DNA of 64,000 nucleotides from the NCBI GenBank assembly GCA_010093815.1, contig ML996575.1; one strand, given 5' to 3'. Every line of letters starts with the position of its first letter. Position 1 is the stretch's first letter. The position numbers and the translations under genes are program-made. Below, piece after piece: positions 61,731-64,000 of this stretch. The notes below the pieces were generated by a model, which did no database searches, had not been told where the DNA came from, and saw only the letters and a list, made by a program, of their open reading frames with translations. Source of the DNA: Pseudovirgaria hyperparasitica (taxonomy: Eukaryota).

Positions 61731-63300
61731 GATGCGCAAGGTAAGGATGCGACAATGGTGACGGCAAGATCCCGGGCGGGTGAAGTTTGCCGCCAGGTGA
61801 GGCTTTGGGTTAGAGTCGCGATGCGCCGAACGAAGTGAAAGTGGAAGTAGAGCGATTTCGAAGATTGCAGATGGTTGGTTGAGATGAGGATAGATCGATA
61901 GCGATATTGATTGTGTGTGAGTTCCAGTCCATAGGTATTCACCCCTTTGAGCAAACGATGGTAAACGCGGCGGTACGCAGTGCGCACAGCTGCAAAGAGA
62001 GCAGGGCAGGACAATCAAGCGCTTGTCCAGCTCATTGTTCGGTTATGGGCGCGTCGGTTTGAAGGATGGAAAGGCGGTGGTATTTGGATAGAGAGAGTGG
62101 TGATGGAGTTGAAGGCAAGTGGATAGGGTGTGATGATTGTCTATCACGGTGGGCAGACAAATGGTAACGGGGGAGCCGCTAGTCAGTCCAAATACGGAAA
62201 GGTCGCAAAGCGGGCGCGGGAACCTTGGAACACTGGCAAGTGTGAGTGAATGAAGGGGGATTTTTGGGCGACAATGAAGAGCTGTTGAAGGAGTGAAGGT
62301 AGCAATATGGATGAATGCGGCTCGCAGTGGTAGCAGTAGCAGAAGCAGAAGCAGTAAGTAATTAGTAGGCGCGGCAAGGTTGTTGTGTACGTGACTTTGG
62401 GCGGAAGTGGAATGTTTTGATTTACAGCGACGCGATGCACCAGATGTAGCTAGTAAGACAGGAGATGGGGAGCGTGTTATTGACTTTTTGTTGACTTTGT
62501 TGTGGTGCCCCGGTCCCGGTGCGTGGCAGGACGCAGGTGTAGCAACGGTAGTGTGTAGGTCGCAAATCGATAGGCTGAGGCTGGCCGGACGCGCTGGGCC
62601 CACTACGGAGAATGTGCACTACTGTATGAGTATTCTGATGCAGCGCCAGCCAAATCCAGTCATGACTTGCGGACTTGACGGTCTTGACCTAATTGACGGT
62701 CTACAGTACCAGTTACCAGTACCTACAGTGGTAATAAGAGCACGCGCGTTGAGGTGGACTTGCGACTTTGACTGTGACGGCCTTGTCAGGCTGCCTAGGA
62801 CCACGGGACCACTCACCACTCCTACTGACTTTGACCATGGATTGGAGCCTCAGGCATACCTCGCTGCATCCTATGACTGCCCCGGTCTTACGTGCGCGTG
62901 GGAATAGACTACTAGTAACTTACCTCTTAGGTAGACGGGCCTTACTTATCCTACCTATTAATCATCACCTGGATAATTACCTACTGTAATCAGCAGCAGT
63001 CACTCGGGAGTCGGAATACAGCCAGCTGCCCAGTGACTATTACACCCGCTAACTTGGATCTCATCCTCATGACGGCGGCCAGGATGTATTACCTCAGGCT
63101 ACCTACGACTGATTACTATGAACTGTACTCTACATACTCTATACCTACTGCTACTGTACCCCCACCACCAACCCCACCTCTCTCTCAGCGCCAGTTTCAC
63201 ATTCGGACCTGTCATTCCCCCCCAACCGCGCGCCCGATGTGATGTTACTGTTACTGCTAACCACTACTGGGTACTGTGCTGCTGCTACTACTGCGGAGCT

Positions 63301-63360
63301 GCTCCTCCTGCTCTTCCTGCTGCTCCTCCTCCTCCTCCTCCTCCTCTTCCTCCTCCTGCT
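63301..63360. repeat. (CCT/GCT)n microsatellite
   Basis: Imperfect trinucleotide run GCTCCTCCTGCTCTTCCTGCTGCTCCTCCTCCTCCT... Confidence 0.85.
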
Positions 63361-63660
63361 CGCCAGCAGCGTCTAAAATGCTCAGTCAGCTGCTGTGAGT
63401 GACTCCGGAGTCGTCCGAGTGCAGGTCAGTGTGAGTGTGAATTGGAGGCGTCTGGCGGGTCTTCTCCACGAGTCTCGTGTGCAGCCACCAGATTGGTTAT
63501 TAGCTCTTCTCTTTTCCTCTCTCTCTGCCAGGGCCTATTACATCAACCTCTGGCCACTCCTATGCCACAGCTTCCATTCTGCTCAATCCGCGCCCTGCAC
63601 CAGCTTCATTCGTCTTCATCGCTATCTGGTGTGCGGGTCCAACATCGCTCTCTACGCAAC

Positions 63661-64000
63661 ATGCCTCCCTCCCTTGCTGCCGCCAACGACTTCTTGTCCT
63701 ACGTGAACAGCTCTCCCACTCGTCAGCCTTCCCTTCCGCCTTCCTCGGCGCCTTCTAACCCAATTGCTGACCCTCCAAAGCTTTTCACGCCGTCAAGGGA
63801 GCTAGAGATCGACTCGAGAAGGCCGGCTTCAAGCCCATCAAAGTATGACCATGTGCTCTCGTGCTCACTTCCAAAACTCCTCGATTTTTCTCCATTTTTC
63901 TCGATTTTCTTTTCTTCTTCTAGACTTTTAGAAGGGTGCACAGCAAATGCGCGACGCCCTCAAAGTGCTCCCCTTGACATTTATTCGCCGCAGTGTCGCA
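63661..64000 (+). CDS. APE4: 5' end of aspartyl aminopeptidase (M18), runs off the window; exons 63661-63721, 63781-63842
   Basis: Spliced MPPSLAAANDFLSYVNSSPT|PFHAVKGARDRLEKAGFKPIK| matches the conserved F..FVN.SPTPFHAV.....L..AGF N-terminus. It is absent from the ORF track. Confidence 0.85.
   Translation, partial: MPPSLAAANDFLSYVNSSPTRQPSLPPSSAPSNPIADPPKLFTPSRELEIDSRRPASSPSKYDHVLSCSLPKLLDFSPFFSIFFSSSRLLEGCTANARRPQSAPLDIYSPQCR

Noticed and set aside
61731..62018. Non-AUG extension of CDH1
   Set aside because: The frame is open, but no near-cognate codon in strong context was noticed, unlike PHO85.

Overview
Eukaryotic fungal genomic DNA (filamentous ascomycete/Pezizomycotina, judged from short GT-AG introns with CTRAY branch points and a strong RIP mutation signature). 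There is no prokaryotic operon or CRISPR. Bases 1-~2950 are an AT-rich, RIP-degraded transposon block that contains a 1.4-kb element with 228-bp terminal inverted repeats. An accessory-looking zone follows, with two GT25 glycosyltransferases, a pseudogenised Ser/Thr-rich membrane protein, a large subtilisin, a SelT/SelW-type CxxC protein, an NDP-glucose 4,6-dehydratase and a carboxylesterase. Most of the rest is conserved genes: GPC1, SMC1, PHO85, an SRPK-like kinase, a secreted alkaline phosphatase, a C2H2/KLAP1-like factor, a UCH deubiquitinase, LOS1, an F-box-like protein, POB3, CDH1 and the 5' end of an aspartyl aminopeptidase. The most notable observations are: (1) a rearrangement scar at ~30.3-32.5 kb where a HET-domain 5' fragment and an intact hAT-type MITE sit in place of the missing 5' ends of two divergent genes (a BCS1-like ATPase and a formate/nitrite transporter), creating a possible HET-FNT chimera; (2) an in-frame ACG in ideal Kozak context predicting an 81-aa non-AUG extension of PHO85; (3) a probable dual-start, mitochondria-targeted aspartyl aminopeptidase; (4) RIP-like damage in genes near the repeat block. 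Exon coordinates were read by eye and family names come from remembered motifs, not from database searches.
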